Of a DNA stretch of 64,000 nucleotides, positions 46,415 to 56,328 are shown piece after piece. The notes below the pieces were generated by a model. It saw nothing but the letters and a program-made list of their open reading frames with translations, made no database searches and had not been told where the DNA came from. The DNA comes from Patescibacteria group bacterium (GTDB lineage: Bacteria > Patescibacteriota > Patescibacteriia > JAHIZJ01), in assembly GCA_028714495.1 (NCBI GenBank), contig JAQTMH010000003.1, positions 72,496-136,495 on the forward strand, written 5' to 3'. Numbering within the stretch: the first letter of the stretch is position 1; each line of letters starts with the position of its first letter. Position numbers and translations under genes: made by a program.

Positions 46415-46474
46415 TGGGAAACAAAAAAGGGGGCGAATCCGCAAGATACGCAGACACGCCCCTTGAACCATTCC

Positions 46475-46588
46475 CTACCACTGCCCGAGGAAATAGGCTA
46501 AGTCCTCTGGCTTGAAGATAAGGACGTACAGCACGAACGCCGCTGCAGCGATCAGCAGACCGAGGCCGATCTTATCACTCCGTGACAT
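46475..46588 (-). CDS. Candidate small hydrophobic peptide (37 aa) MSRSDKIGLGLLIAAAAFVLYVLIFKPEDLAYFLGQW
   Basis: ATG preceded by GGAAGGGGGTGG. A single TM. It is below the ORF-track size cutoff, so it was found by eye. Confidence 0.3.
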   Translation of the reverse strand: MSRSDKIGLGLLIAAAAFVLYVLIFKPEDLAYFLGQW

Positions 46589-46869
46589 CTGAACCACCCC
46601 CTTCCGTGGGTAGTGAAGACCTATCTATTTCCAAAGACCAATCTGAAGACTTGAGCTCGTTGTAAAGAACAATTTGTTACCCAAGTCTTCAGATTGATCC
46701 TCTTACTTTCTAACCGACTTCAGTCGGGTTTTTGGACCTTACGCCACTAAAGTGGCTTTGAAGAGAAAAGTCCCACCTGAGCATTTTATCACACAAAGGC
46801 GATAAAAAGCTCGGGTAGGAGGAGCAGCTTATTCCAAGGGCGAATAAGCTGCTCCGAGTAGGTCATCGA

Positions 46870-47298
46870 TCAGCCACGATTGGCAGGGCCCGCCATGACC
46901 AGAACCATGTTCCTAAGGTAGCGAACCCTATTGGCCGCCAAAGCGATCCTGGCCGCGTTCCGCCGAGCATCCTCGTCCTGACCATCGAGGCGCGGAAGAA
47001 CTTCCCTCCTCAGGACATCCCCCAGCACATCGAGTGTCCTGGCACCGGTCAGCTTGTGCAGGGCGGTCTTGCAGGAGTTGCAGAGGACGAGGATCACCCC
47101 ATCCTCGCGATAGGCGACGTGCATGACCCCTGGATCACCTTCGGTGCCGCATTCTTCGCCGCAGCAGCCCCACTTGGTCATGGCGCGGATCTCGTCAGCG
47201 GTGAGCGACACCGTACGCATGCCCGCGATGAGAAACCTCTGCGTCGCACGCTCGAAAGTGACCTCAGCCGGATTCACACTGACACTCGGACTTGACAT
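46870..47298 (-). CDS. Hypothetical Cys-rich protein with a possible zinc ribbon (WGCCGEECG...CNSCK). GC-rich islet.
   Basis: 142 aa. About 60% GC. A 14-bp-stem hairpin (GGAGCAGCTTATTC...GAATAAGCTGCTCC) lies immediately 3' of the stop. Confidence 0.4.
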   Translation of the reverse strand: MSSPSVSVNPAEVTFERATQRFLIAGMRTVSLTADEIRAMTKWGCCGEECGTEGDPGVMHVAYREDGVILVLCNSCKTALHKLTGARTLDVLGDVLRREVLPRLDGQDEDARRNAARIALAANRVRYLRNMVLVMAGPANRG

Positions 47299-47836
47299 GA
47301 TTCACCTCCATGCTTCAAACGACCAGACGACCAAACATCAAGTTGGGCATTTCTGCTCAACCTCAATGCCTTTTCAAGGAACGCATTTGGAGGCGGTAGC
47401 TTTGCTTATCCCAGACTAGCTGGGAACAAAGCTGGATAAGCTGACAGGACAGTTCCAGTTTTTCAACCGGAACAAGGATTGTCCAATCAAGCCTCACCCT
47501 CCCCTCCAAATGTCTTTTGAGAAATATTTAAATTTTCAATTCTGTAGCCGATGCTTCAGCTTCGGCTTTAGCCGCCAAAAAATGGGTGCGAGAATAGCTT
47601 CTTTTTCTCGTCTTCTGTGGTCTTATTGAAGAGAGAACTCTATTAAGAAGCCTAAAGCACCCATTTTTTGACAGCCAAGAGAATACAAAATTTACGCTCT
47701 TCTCTCTTCTCAGTTTGATTTTGAAAAAACCTGGCCACTAATTAACGTGTCACTATATACCCATATTTCATTTTTGTCAAGAGTAGAGCAAACAAAAAAG
47801 GCTTAGATTAGCCTAAAAATATGGTTTATGGAAAAT

Positions 47837-50185
47837 TTATTTCTCGAAAACCACGCCGAAATATATATCGTTCTTTAAGACATCCTCAAGAATAATTCCT
47901 TCAGCGTCACTCTTAAGTTTTGAGCTTTCCGGCCATTGCCAAGTAATCTGATAATCGTCGGGATAACGAATTCGCGAGTGAAAAACACTGTCAAAGCTGC
48001 CAGACTGTTTCTGGACTAAAAGACTGTAGGGCGCTGAATTGTTCATCACGTTATCAAGCCTGACGGTAAACGGCAGACGATAAACCAGTTTGACGGTCAC
48101 GCTTGAGCCTGGTTCCACTTGAACCCAATTTCCGAAAACCGTCTTGCCGAATTCATCATTTATCCGCGTGCCAGTTCGTTCGTCAATAATCACCTGTCCC
48201 TCGATTTTTGTCAGATCAGGATCATTCTCATAACCGTCGGCCGGCCATTGAAACAGCTTGGCGTCCGGCTGGGTAAATCCTTCAGCCTCGAGCAGGGTCG
48301 AGCCGCGCGGCACATAGAGTCTTAGAAAATCAATATTTTTTACGCCAGTCCAAGGATCATCCTTGAGGCCATTATGCACCCGGGTGATTTCAACCGAGGC
48401 GATTGTTTCTCCGCCCGGCTTAATTTCAATCTCATGACTCACGGTTTGATCAATAACCGCGTCAGTTTTACCCCCGCTGATATTGCTGTTGACCACCATC
48501 AGATAGTCGCCCGACGTCTGTTTCACTTCACCGGCCCAATCAAGCTCGTTTATTTTTTTCTGGGCCGCTTCGTCCCCGAGGTAAAAAAGCAGGTCGCGAT
48601 TCGACAAGGCGTCGCTGAAAGCTTCTAAAATGGTGAAAAATTGCTTTTGGTCGCCGGCAAAGACCTTTTGCAGCAAGACCGGCACTAAATCAGCGATAAA
48701 CTGCTTCGGCTGGTTGGTGGCGCGATCGTATTCATTTTCAACTTCGTTTAAAGTTACGTCAATGAAATTCTCGCTGGTGACGGTTACTCCGTATTTTTCC
48801 TGCATATCTATTGAACCGGTAATTTTCAAGAGGTCGATAATCACGTCTGGCGTCAAGCTGATGATACCGTCAACAGTCGGACCCCCGCTTTTTTCATAAA
48901 ACCACATTATCTTCTTGGCCGAGGCCGGAAAATCCGGGAACCAATTGGCGTCCTGGATATACCAGTGGGGATTGACCAAATGCAAAGGACCGGGTGAAAT
49001 CACGTGCTCCTTTAACTGGCCCTGGAGATCATAGGATCCGCCGCCCGGCACCTCGAGCTTAACCAATTGACCCTGGTCAATATCAACCAAGGCCAGGCTG
49101 CCGATAAAACCGCCGGTCGCGCGCAGCTCACGGTTATTTTGAAAAATCAATAGATAGCGTTTCGGCGCTTCGCCTCCCAGCAATGAATAGAAAACTTCGC
49201 TGAACGTCAGAAATTTATCAAAGTCCTGTTGCAGCAATGGTAAAGACTCCTGCACCCTTCTCATTTCAGATTGGTAATTCTCGGGAAGAGCTGAAACCTC
49301 GACTTCTTGTAAATGCTTGTTGGCCTCGCTAATGCGGTCACGGGCTGGCTGGAGCAAAGATCGGCTGTCTTTGAGTAGTTTGGTTAAATCATTTTTGGCT
49401 AATAAATTTTGCCCCGCGGCCACCTCCGGATTTATTAGCTCGATCACCCGAGTCACGTCTTGGCCGGCTAGAGCAATCGCCTGCCCCGCCTCCAAGAGAT
49501 GTTCGCCTGAAGCAAGAACTTTGCCCTTAAAAGGGATGTATTTCAATAAAGTGAACAATGTGCCGCCCATGCGGTTGAGCTCCTTTTCGGCCAAAAGAAA
49601 GGTATCAGAGGCGTCCGAAAAACGCTCCTGCGCCAGGTTATAATCGCTCTCAGTGGCCGCCTCGCCGGCCAAAACCAGTTGATCAAAGGCCTTAATTGAG
49701 ATATTGACAATCCGGCCGCGGAGCTCGACCAAATGCTGATAGCCCCAAAAGCCGAAGATGGGCAAAACTAAGGCTAGGCAGACAACAACGAAAATCGCGA
49801 GAGGCTTTAAGCGCGCCGGCTCAAGTCTCAACCGCGGTTTAGGAAATTCAAACTTTACAGACTTTTTAGCCTTGGCTGATCTTTGTTTGTCTGGCCCAAA
49901 AGCCGCCGGCTCGACCATCTCAATCTTGGCCAAAGGCTCGCTGGCTTTTTCGGGCCCAGGTTTTGAATTTAAATTCTTTGCCCAATCCTTGAGTCGGCCA
50001 ATGCCGGAACCGCTTTTCTTTTTCTGCAGTTCGGTCTTAAGCTTTTCAATTTCCTTCTGCAGCATCAGTTCGCGCAGGTTGATGACGTTGGTATCAGGAA
50101 CCCGGCCGCTCTGGATGGTTTGAGCGGATTGATTTAGCCAGATCTTTTTGGCTACTGGTTTCTTTTTTTTCTTCGGACTGTTCAT
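47837..50185 (-). CDS. DUF4012-domain membrane protein (commonly associated with polysaccharide loci)
   Basis: RELRATGGFIGS hallmark. N-terminal K-rich region and a TM. 782 aa. Confidence 0.7.
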   Translation of the reverse strand: MNSPKKKKKPVAKKIWLNQSAQTIQSGRVPDTNVINLRELMLQKEIEKLKTELQKKKSGSGIGRLKDWAKNLNSKPGPEKASEPLAKIEMVEPAAFGPDKQRSAKAKKSVKFEFPKPRLRLEPARLKPLAIFVVVCLALVLPIFGFWGYQHLVELRGRIVNISIKAFDQLVLAGEAATESDYNLAQERFSDASDTFLLAEKELNRMGGTLFTLLKYIPFKGKVLASGEHLLEAGQAIALAGQDVTRVIELINPEVAAGQNLLAKNDLTKLLKDSRSLLQPARDRISEANKHLQEVEVSALPENYQSEMRRVQESLPLLQQDFDKFLTFSEVFYSLLGGEAPKRYLLIFQNNRELRATGGFIGSLALVDIDQGQLVKLEVPGGGSYDLQGQLKEHVISPGPLHLVNPHWYIQDANWFPDFPASAKKIMWFYEKSGGPTVDGIISLTPDVIIDLLKITGSIDMQEKYGVTVTSENFIDVTLNEVENEYDRATNQPKQFIADLVPVLLQKVFAGDQKQFFTILEAFSDALSNRDLLFYLGDEAAQKKINELDWAGEVKQTSGDYLMVVNSNISGGKTDAVIDQTVSHEIEIKPGGETIASVEITRVHNGLKDDPWTGVKNIDFLRLYVPRGSTLLEAEGFTQPDAKLFQWPADGYENDPDLTKIEGQVIIDERTGTRINDEFGKTVFGNWVQVEPGSSVTVKLVYRLPFTVRLDNVMNNSAPYSLLVQKQSGSFDSVFHSRIRYPDDYQITWQWPESSKLKSDAEGIILEDVLKNDIYFGVVFEK

Positions 50186-51303
50186 TTTTGCTGTTCGTAA
50201 AGCGCCAGGGTTTGTTCGGCCATTTTTGGCCAGCGATACGTCTTAACTTGCCGATAGCCCAGCTGGCGCAAATTATCTCTGGCTGGTGAGTCGTTTATCA
50301 AATCTGAAAGCACTTTTACTATAGCATGTTTGCTTTTTGGATCAAAGTAGGCGGCGCCTCTGCCTAACACCTCGGGCAGACAGGAAGCCGAGGACGCGAC
50401 CACCGGCAACCCATACTGCATCGCCTCAAGCGGCGGCAAGCCAAAGCCCTCGGCCAGCGAAGGAAAAACATAGAGCATCGCTTTTTGATATAATCCGGGC
50501 AAATCCTCGTCTGGAATATAGCCTGGGAACACCACTCGGCTGGCAAAACCCATTAATTCGCTTTTATTTTTCAGCCGGCCATAGAAATAATCCAAGCGTC
50601 CGACCAAAACCAGTTTCAATTCGGGAAATCTTTCCTTAAGCTCCGCGAAGGCTTCGAGCAAAAGCTCTAAATTTTTATGCGGGTAAGCATTGCCTACGTA
50701 TAAAATGTAGGGTTCATTGATTTTATATTTTGCCAAGACGTCTTGAGCCGGGGTTGGCGTGGCGCTAAAAGGCTCGGCGGCTTCATAAGTCACCGCCACC
50801 TTATCCGGGTTTAAGCGGAAATAGCTGACCAATTCCCTTTTGGTGTATTCCGAAACCGTGATCACTTTCCGGCTCCGTTTTACGGCCGAGGAGATCACCC
50901 ACTGATAGCCTAAACGTTTAAGAAGATATCTGGCTGGCCCGAGGGTGGTGGCTCGGGTTGTCGGAAAATGCGTAATGATTAAATCGTGAATCGTGACTAT
51001 AAAAGGCTGGTAATAAAATAGGGGTACGTTAAAATGGGGGAAATGCATGAGATCCAGCTTTTGGGCTTTGATTAGCCTAGGAAAGGACACTTGCTCTTTC
51101 AAAGAGTACCAGCGAAAAGGCGCTTTGATTTTTCGGAAGCGGGGGTTTTTAGGTTGGTAATAATCCCAATTCTCTTCACGCAAAAAAATCGTGTATTGAT
51201 TTAACGAGTCGATAATTTCCAGATTTTTTACGAGCTTTTCGGTGTAACGGCCGAGGCCCTTGCCCTCTGGACCGAAAAATCTCGCGTCAATTCCGATGTG
51301 CAT
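50182..51303 (-). CDS. Glycosyltransferase family 4
   Basis: EGFGLPPLEAMQYGLPVVAS. Confidence 0.85.
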   Translation of the reverse strand: MHIGIDARFFGPEGKGLGRYTEKLVKNLEIIDSLNQYTIFLREENWDYYQPKNPRFRKIKAPFRWYSLKEQVSFPRLIKAQKLDLMHFPHFNVPLFYYQPFIVTIHDLIITHFPTTRATTLGPARYLLKRLGYQWVISSAVKRSRKVITVSEYTKRELVSYFRLNPDKVAVTYEAAEPFSATPTPAQDVLAKYKINEPYILYVGNAYPHKNLELLLEAFAELKERFPELKLVLVGRLDYFYGRLKNKSELMGFASRVVFPGYIPDEDLPGLYQKAMLYVFPSLAEGFGLPPLEAMQYGLPVVASSASCLPEVLGRGAAYFDPKSKHAIVKVLSDLINDSPARDNLRQLGYRQVKTYRWPKMAEQTLALYEQQK

Positions 51304-52441
51304 ATATATTGGCAGTAGTTTCTAATAAATTCAAAGTTCGCTCGGCTGTCTTGGCCCAGGAATATTTTTCAGCCAATTCTTGCCGGTGATTCATTAAACG
51401 CTGTTTTAGGCCGGGGCTGTTTAACACCTGACGCATGGCTTCAGTCAATTCCGCTACATTGTACGGCTGGATCATTATCCCGGCTTCGCCTACAACTTCT
51501 GGCAAAGAGGCTGAGGCGGAAATTATAACTGGAGTGCCGGCCATCAGACTCTCCAGCGGCGGAAAGCCAAAGCCCTCGTAAACCGACGGGTAGACAAAGA
51601 CTTGGGCCAGCTTCATTAAGCAGACTTTTTCCGACTCAGAAACATAGCCGATAAAACGAACATCTTCTCTGTTCTTCAGGCTCAATCTCAAACGCTCCAA
51701 TTGGGAATGTTGCCACGAAGATTGTCCCGCCAAAATCAACTGGAGCGGCCTAGGGTATTTTTCCTTGAATAAATCAAAAGCCTGGAGAGTCGCCATCAAA
51801 TTCTTTCTCGGCTCAAGAAAACTCAGTGAGAAAATAAACGACTGGTTAAGCCGATATTTTTCTCGAACCGAAGCAAGGTCTCGACCAGTAACTGAATTGA
51901 ATTTCCGAGCGTCCACTCCAGGATAAATCACCTTGATCTTATCCGCGGAGACTCGGTAAAGTTCGACCAAATCCCGCTTGGTGCTTTCGGAAACGGCAAT
52001 AATCCCGTCAGCGCGTTCGACCAGGCGTCTCGGAGAGATAAACCGGTGCCACAGCCGGCGTTTCCAAGAGAGAAACTTCGGGTATAATTCAAAGGATAGA
52101 TCGTGAATGGTCAGAACCAAGGGGCAGTCCGGCGACAGGCTCAAAAAATTGAGATTGGGCGCGAAAAAAACATCGCATCGTCCAATCAGTGAATCTAACG
52201 CCGGTCTTTTTAAAAAAACCAGGCTGGAGTTGAATAGCTTATTCGGCCAGCGGGTTGTTTTATAATTAACATTTGGATAATCAAAATCCACGCGCTCAGT
52301 CTGAGCCCAGGCATTTAGAAACAAAGTGTATTCATTTTTCTTATCTAACTCAAAGAGGCGTCTTAAAAGCTGCTCGGCGTATCTCGTGACGCCGCCGGGC
52401 TTAGGTTCGGCTAGTGAGCGAATGTCAATGCCTATTCGCAT
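51287..52441 (-). CDS. Glycosyltransferase family 4
   Basis: EGFGFPPLESLMAGTPVIIS. Confidence 0.85.
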   Translation of the reverse strand: MRIGIDIRSLAEPKPGGVTRYAEQLLRRLFELDKKNEYTLFLNAWAQTERVDFDYPNVNYKTTRWPNKLFNSSLVFLKRPALDSLIGRCDVFFAPNLNFLSLSPDCPLVLTIHDLSFELYPKFLSWKRRLWHRFISPRRLVERADGIIAVSESTKRDLVELYRVSADKIKVIYPGVDARKFNSVTGRDLASVREKYRLNQSFIFSLSFLEPRKNLMATLQAFDLFKEKYPRPLQLILAGQSSWQHSQLERLRLSLKNREDVRFIGYVSESEKVCLMKLAQVFVYPSVYEGFGFPPLESLMAGTPVIISASASLPEVVGEAGIMIQPYNVAELTEAMRQVLNSPGLKQRLMNHRQELAEKYSWAKTAERTLNLLETTANIYAHRN

Positions 52442-53058
52442 CAGACCGGATCGCTTTTAAAATATCGCACCAGGTAGATTAAACCAAGGCTTAAGAATAA
52501 ACCAAGCATCAGGCCAACAATCGTGTTCAAAACGACCGCCGGATTGGCCTCGACTATCACCGGCTGACTGCCAACCACCTCGAATAGGGCTTTTTGATCG
52601 GCTGTCCGATTAAGATCAGCGCCTCGTTTCTGAACCACCTCAATAATTGACTGGGAAATCTTTTCAGCCGTGGCGCGATCCCGCTCCCGGAATGTTAACA
52701 CAATGTTCTGGGAAGAATATTTCTTGGTTTTAAACCGGTTGGTAAAACGCTCGAGTGAGTCAATCTGTGGGTCAACCTTGGCCTGATCATAAATTTCCAA
52801 AAGGACCGACGGGGTGTAAAACCAGCTGACCACGGTCTGCGAAAAAAGGTCGCTGGCCTGAATCGCGTAGTAGCCGTCAAACTGGTATTCGGCTGTCTCC
52901 TGCTTGTTTACCCGGTTGACCGCGAAAGAGATAGAGGTTTTGTAATACGTCGGTGAATACTGGCTGAAGACGTAAGCGGCCGCCCCCACAATTAAAGTCA
53001 GCGCCAAGATAATAACTAGATTCTTTTTTAAAATGGCTTTATGCTCGGAAAATGTCAT
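52441..53058 (-). CDS. Wzz/PCP-like chain-length-determinant protein (short form, N- and C-terminal TM)
   Basis: A TM helix at each end with a periplasmic domain between. 205 aa. Sits in a glycan-synthesis cluster. Confidence 0.5.
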   Translation of the reverse strand: MTFSEHKAILKKNLVIILALTLIVGAAAYVFSQYSPTYYKTSISFAVNRVNKQETAEYQFDGYYAIQASDLFSQTVVSWFYTPSVLLEIYDQAKVDPQIDSLERFTNRFKTKKYSSQNIVLTFRERDRATAEKISQSIIEVVQKRGADLNRTADQKALFEVVGSQPVIVEANPAVVLNTIVGLMLGLFLSLGLIYLVRYFKSDPV

Positions 53059-53083
53059 GGGTTAGATATTTATGGATAAATTA

Positions 53084-54169
53084 TTATTTGATTCGCTGGC
53101 TAATGAAATCTTTTATTTTCTGTTTGAAACGGGGCAAGCTGAATTCTTCGGCGTGGCGCCGGATTGTTTCCGGGTCAAAAGTTTCAGGTTTGAAACGCAA
53201 AACGGTGTCGGCCAGAGCGGCCCAATTCTGATCCTGGAAGAGAACGCCGGTTTTACCATCTACCACCGTCTCCAGAGCGCCACCCTTGGCATAGGCAATT
53301 ACCGGCCGGCCTGAAGCCATCGCTTCAATCGCCGTAATGCCGAAATCCTCTTCCTGGGGGTAGAGGAAGGCTTTGGCGTGGCGCATGAGCTCAGCCTTTT
53401 GCTCTTCGGTGACCGAACCAAGAAATTCGATATTCGACTTAGCCATCTTTTTCAGCCTCTCCTCCTCGAGGCCGCTGCCAAAAACCTTTAGCGGCAGACC
53501 GAGCTGATTGAAGGCTTGAATGGCCAGATCGAATCTTTTGTAGGGCACTAAGCGTCCGCCGATTAAATAATAGTTGCCGACATCCTTGGCGATAGAAAAT
53601 TTTTCAATATCAACCGGCGGATGGATCACCGTGCTGGGTCGGCGGTAATATTTTTCAATGCGCTTTTGCACCGCGACTGAATTCGCGATAAATTCATCAA
53701 CTCTCTGAGCCGCCATTTGATCCCAGATTCTGATCCGGGGCAGGAAAAACGGAATCAGCCGCTTGATGAAACGGGGGTAATGAAGTTCTTTAATATAACT
53801 ATGGGTATCGCTCCAGAGATAGCGGGTCGGCGAGTGGCAATAACATATGTGCAAGGCATCCGGCTGGGTTATCACGCCCTTGGCAAAAGCCGAGGCCGAA
53901 GAAAGAACCACGTCGAATTCCGTCAAATCATACTTCTCGACCGCCGTGGGCATCCAGGGTAAAAACCACTGGTAGTGCCGGATGCCGAGGGGCAATTTTT
54001 GTAGAAATGAGGTTTTAATTTTTTTATCGCGAAAAACGGGGTTGGCATGATTGCGATCGTAAACCAAAACATAGATCGGAGCGTCTGGATAGATTTCCTG
54101 AAAGGCCTGTAAAACCCTTTCAGCGCCCCCGTCCTGTGCCAGATGTTCATGGATCAACGCGATTTTCAT
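53084..54169 (-). CDS. Glycosyltransferase family 4
   Basis: EEDFGITAIEAMASGRPVIAY. Confidence 0.85.
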   Translation of the reverse strand: MKIALIHEHLAQDGGAERVLQAFQEIYPDAPIYVLVYDRNHANPVFRDKKIKTSFLQKLPLGIRHYQWFLPWMPTAVEKYDLTEFDVVLSSASAFAKGVITQPDALHICYCHSPTRYLWSDTHSYIKELHYPRFIKRLIPFFLPRIRIWDQMAAQRVDEFIANSVAVQKRIEKYYRRPSTVIHPPVDIEKFSIAKDVGNYYLIGGRLVPYKRFDLAIQAFNQLGLPLKVFGSGLEEERLKKMAKSNIEFLGSVTEEQKAELMRHAKAFLYPQEEDFGITAIEAMASGRPVIAYAKGGALETVVDGKTGVLFQDQNWAALADTVLRFKPETFDPETIRRHAEEFSLPRFKQKIKDFISQRIK

Positions 54170-54173
54170 AAAT

Positions 54174-55568
54174 TTAACTTGCTGATTTGGTGCTTAAGAC
54201 CACCAGGGGCGTCCGTAAAATAATTTTAATATCCAAAAGCGGCGACCAATGCTCAATATAATATATATCCAAACGCGCCTCATCGTCAAAGCTTAAATCC
54301 GACCGGCCGGAGATTTGCGCGAATCCGGTAATGCCAGGTTTAATAGCCAGCAGTTTTCGGTAGTCGTGACGATAACGACTGACCTCTTCTGGCTCATGGG
54401 GTCGCGGCCCGACCAGGCTCATCTGACCCTTCAAAACGTTAATGAGCTGGGGCAACTCGTCAATGCTCGTCCGCCTAATAAACCTGCCGAAGCGGGTAAT
54501 CCGCGGGTCGTTTTTCATCTTAAAAAGCGGGCCGTCACGACGTTCATTGTACTTCATTAATTCCTTTTTCATGGCGTGGGCGTCTTTTACCATGGAACGG
54601 AATTTAAAAAGCCTAAAGGGTTTACTTCCCTCGCCTACCCGATCAAGCTCCACGAATACCTGCCCAGGTGAATCAAGCTTGATTAAAATGGCTATTACCA
54701 GAAAAAATGGGCTCAAGATTATTAAGGCAACCAGGGAAATAATCGTATCGGCGACCCGTTTCGAAATCCGGCCCCAGCCATCCAAGGCTGTGCGCTTGAT
54801 CTCGATCAGCGGGCGACCGGCCACGGTTTCAATCCGGATATTGGAAATCTTGGCGTCAAGCAGGTCAGCCGCGTATTTGAAACCGACGTGGGAATCATTG
54901 CAGACGTCTAAAAGTCTCATCCGTTCTTCTCGCCCAACTCCCGGATCAGCTAGTATCACTTCATCGACACTCTTGGTTCGAAACATCTCACGAAGTTGAT
55001 TTAACGACTGGTCATCAACTTGTTTTATCTTTTCGACAACAGAGTAGCCTAAATTCAAATTATATCGAAAAAGCTCGCTGATATGGTCGGCCGTCTCGCC
55101 GATTCCGATCAAAACCACGTTTCTCAAACCATAGCCTCGACGGAACAGCGAATGCTGGATATTTCTGACAACTAGCCGGCCAAGGCTTACAAAAACCATG
55201 GCCAAGACCCAGCCACCTAAGATAATAAACCGTGAGGAGAATAATTCGCGCTGAAAGAAAATCAATAATATAATCAGCAAGACGCCGGTGGAACAGCCCA
55301 AAATTATTTTCACAAACTCATCGAGAAATCGGCGCGTGCTCTGGATCGCGTAGAGCCCGCTAAAAATGAAAACTACCACCCAGACTACTCCGACAATTAA
55401 TAGAATCGAAAAATACTCCCGTAAAGGAAGCTCATAGACAACCGGCCTCAAAGTCGCGATTTCAGAAAAACGCAAACGGTAAGCTACCAAACCAGACACC
55501 AGAATCATCAGATAATCAACCGGCACTAAAATTGCGCTGAAAACTAATTCAGATCGCTTCATTGCCAA
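54174..55568 (-). CDS. Polyprenyl-phosphate glycosyl-1-phosphate transferase (WbaP/CpsE-like initiating sugar transferase)
   Basis: Multi-TM N-terminus. C-terminal bacterial sugar-transferase domain with ...KPGITGFAQISGRS. Confidence 0.85.
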   Translation of the reverse strand: MAMKRSELVFSAILVPVDYLMILVSGLVAYRLRFSEIATLRPVVYELPLREYFSILLIVGVVWVVVFIFSGLYAIQSTRRFLDEFVKIILGCSTGVLLIILLIFFQRELFSSRFIILGGWVLAMVFVSLGRLVVRNIQHSLFRRGYGLRNVVLIGIGETADHISELFRYNLNLGYSVVEKIKQVDDQSLNQLREMFRTKSVDEVILADPGVGREERMRLLDVCNDSHVGFKYAADLLDAKISNIRIETVAGRPLIEIKRTALDGWGRISKRVADTIISLVALIILSPFFLVIAILIKLDSPGQVFVELDRVGEGSKPFRLFKFRSMVKDAHAMKKELMKYNERRDGPLFKMKNDPRITRFGRFIRRTSIDELPQLINVLKGQMSLVGPRPHEPEEVSRYRHDYRKLLAIKPGITGFAQISGRSDLSFDDEARLDIYYIEHWSPLLDIKIILRTPLVVLSTKSAS

Positions 55569-55611
55569 AAATTAAAGCGTCTTAAGAAAACCTGTAAGCC
55601 GAATTCTGTCC

Positions 55612-55725
55612 CTGAACCACTCACTTCGCTTCGCGAAGCTCGGGTTCAGGGCTCTGCCCATTAAATATAGTGGGCAAGGCCCTGAATCCCGAGCGACGCA
55701 CCGCGGAGCGAGTGGTTCAGAGGAT
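55612..55725. repeat. Copy A of a roughly 113-bp repeat with 18-nt inverted arms, located inside rnpB
   Basis: cctgaaccactcacttcgcttcgcgaagctcgggttcagggc...cgcaccgcggagcgagtggttcag. About 85-90% identical to the copy at 56215-56328. Confidence 0.9.
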
Positions 55726-56214
55726 GACCATCTATCTAGTCCTGACGTTGCCGTCAGGCTCAAGCAACCTACCCGCCCCGTACCGATCCTAATGGGTCTG
55801 GTACAGGGCCTATTCGGTCTTGCACCTGGCAGGGTTTTTCACGCCAGGCCATTGCTGGCTCAGCCTGTGGGCTTTTACTTTTGCCCAACACCCTTTCGGA
55901 TATTGAGTTTATTCCACACAAAGGTGGACCCACTCTTTTCACCCTTGCTTTTTGCCTGTTAAGTCATTAACAGGCCAATTAGCGGTTTTGTCTCTGTGAC
56001 ACTGTCCCTGGGCTTCTGAGAATCCAAAAAGTCTATAGCACTTTTTAAATCCTCCTTACTCCCGCCTTCATTTCGAAGGTGCCATTGTCCCGCCCACCTT
56101 TCCAGCCATGGTCAACGATAGACATTGGTCAAAGGCGAAGCCGCCTAGCGGCTAACGCATCAGTGAATAACAGCCATTGATAGAAAGGTGGGCGGGGGTG
56201 TTCGGACTTTCCTC

Positions 56215-56328
56215 CCTGAACCACTCACTTCGCTTCGCGAAGCTCGGGTTCAGGGCTCTACCCATATAAAGTTATGAGCAAAGCTCTGAATCCCGAACGA
56301 CGCACCGCGGAGCGAGTGGTTCAGAGCG
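56215..56328. repeat. Copy B of the roughly 113-bp repeat, at the P3 position of rnpB
   Basis: Same arms as copy A. The interior hairpin has diverged with partly compensatory changes. Confidence 0.9.

Noticed and set aside
46083-46870. RNase P or SRP RNA in the murJ upstream islet
   Set aside because: Conserved P4 or domain-IV motifs are not present there. rnpB was found at 55575-56352 instead.
55612-56328. 113-bp repeats as a MITE pair flanking a mobile insertion
   Set aside because: The enclosed sequence is the conserved core of RNase P RNA. The repeats are part of the RNA (the P3 position and a J2/4 insertion).
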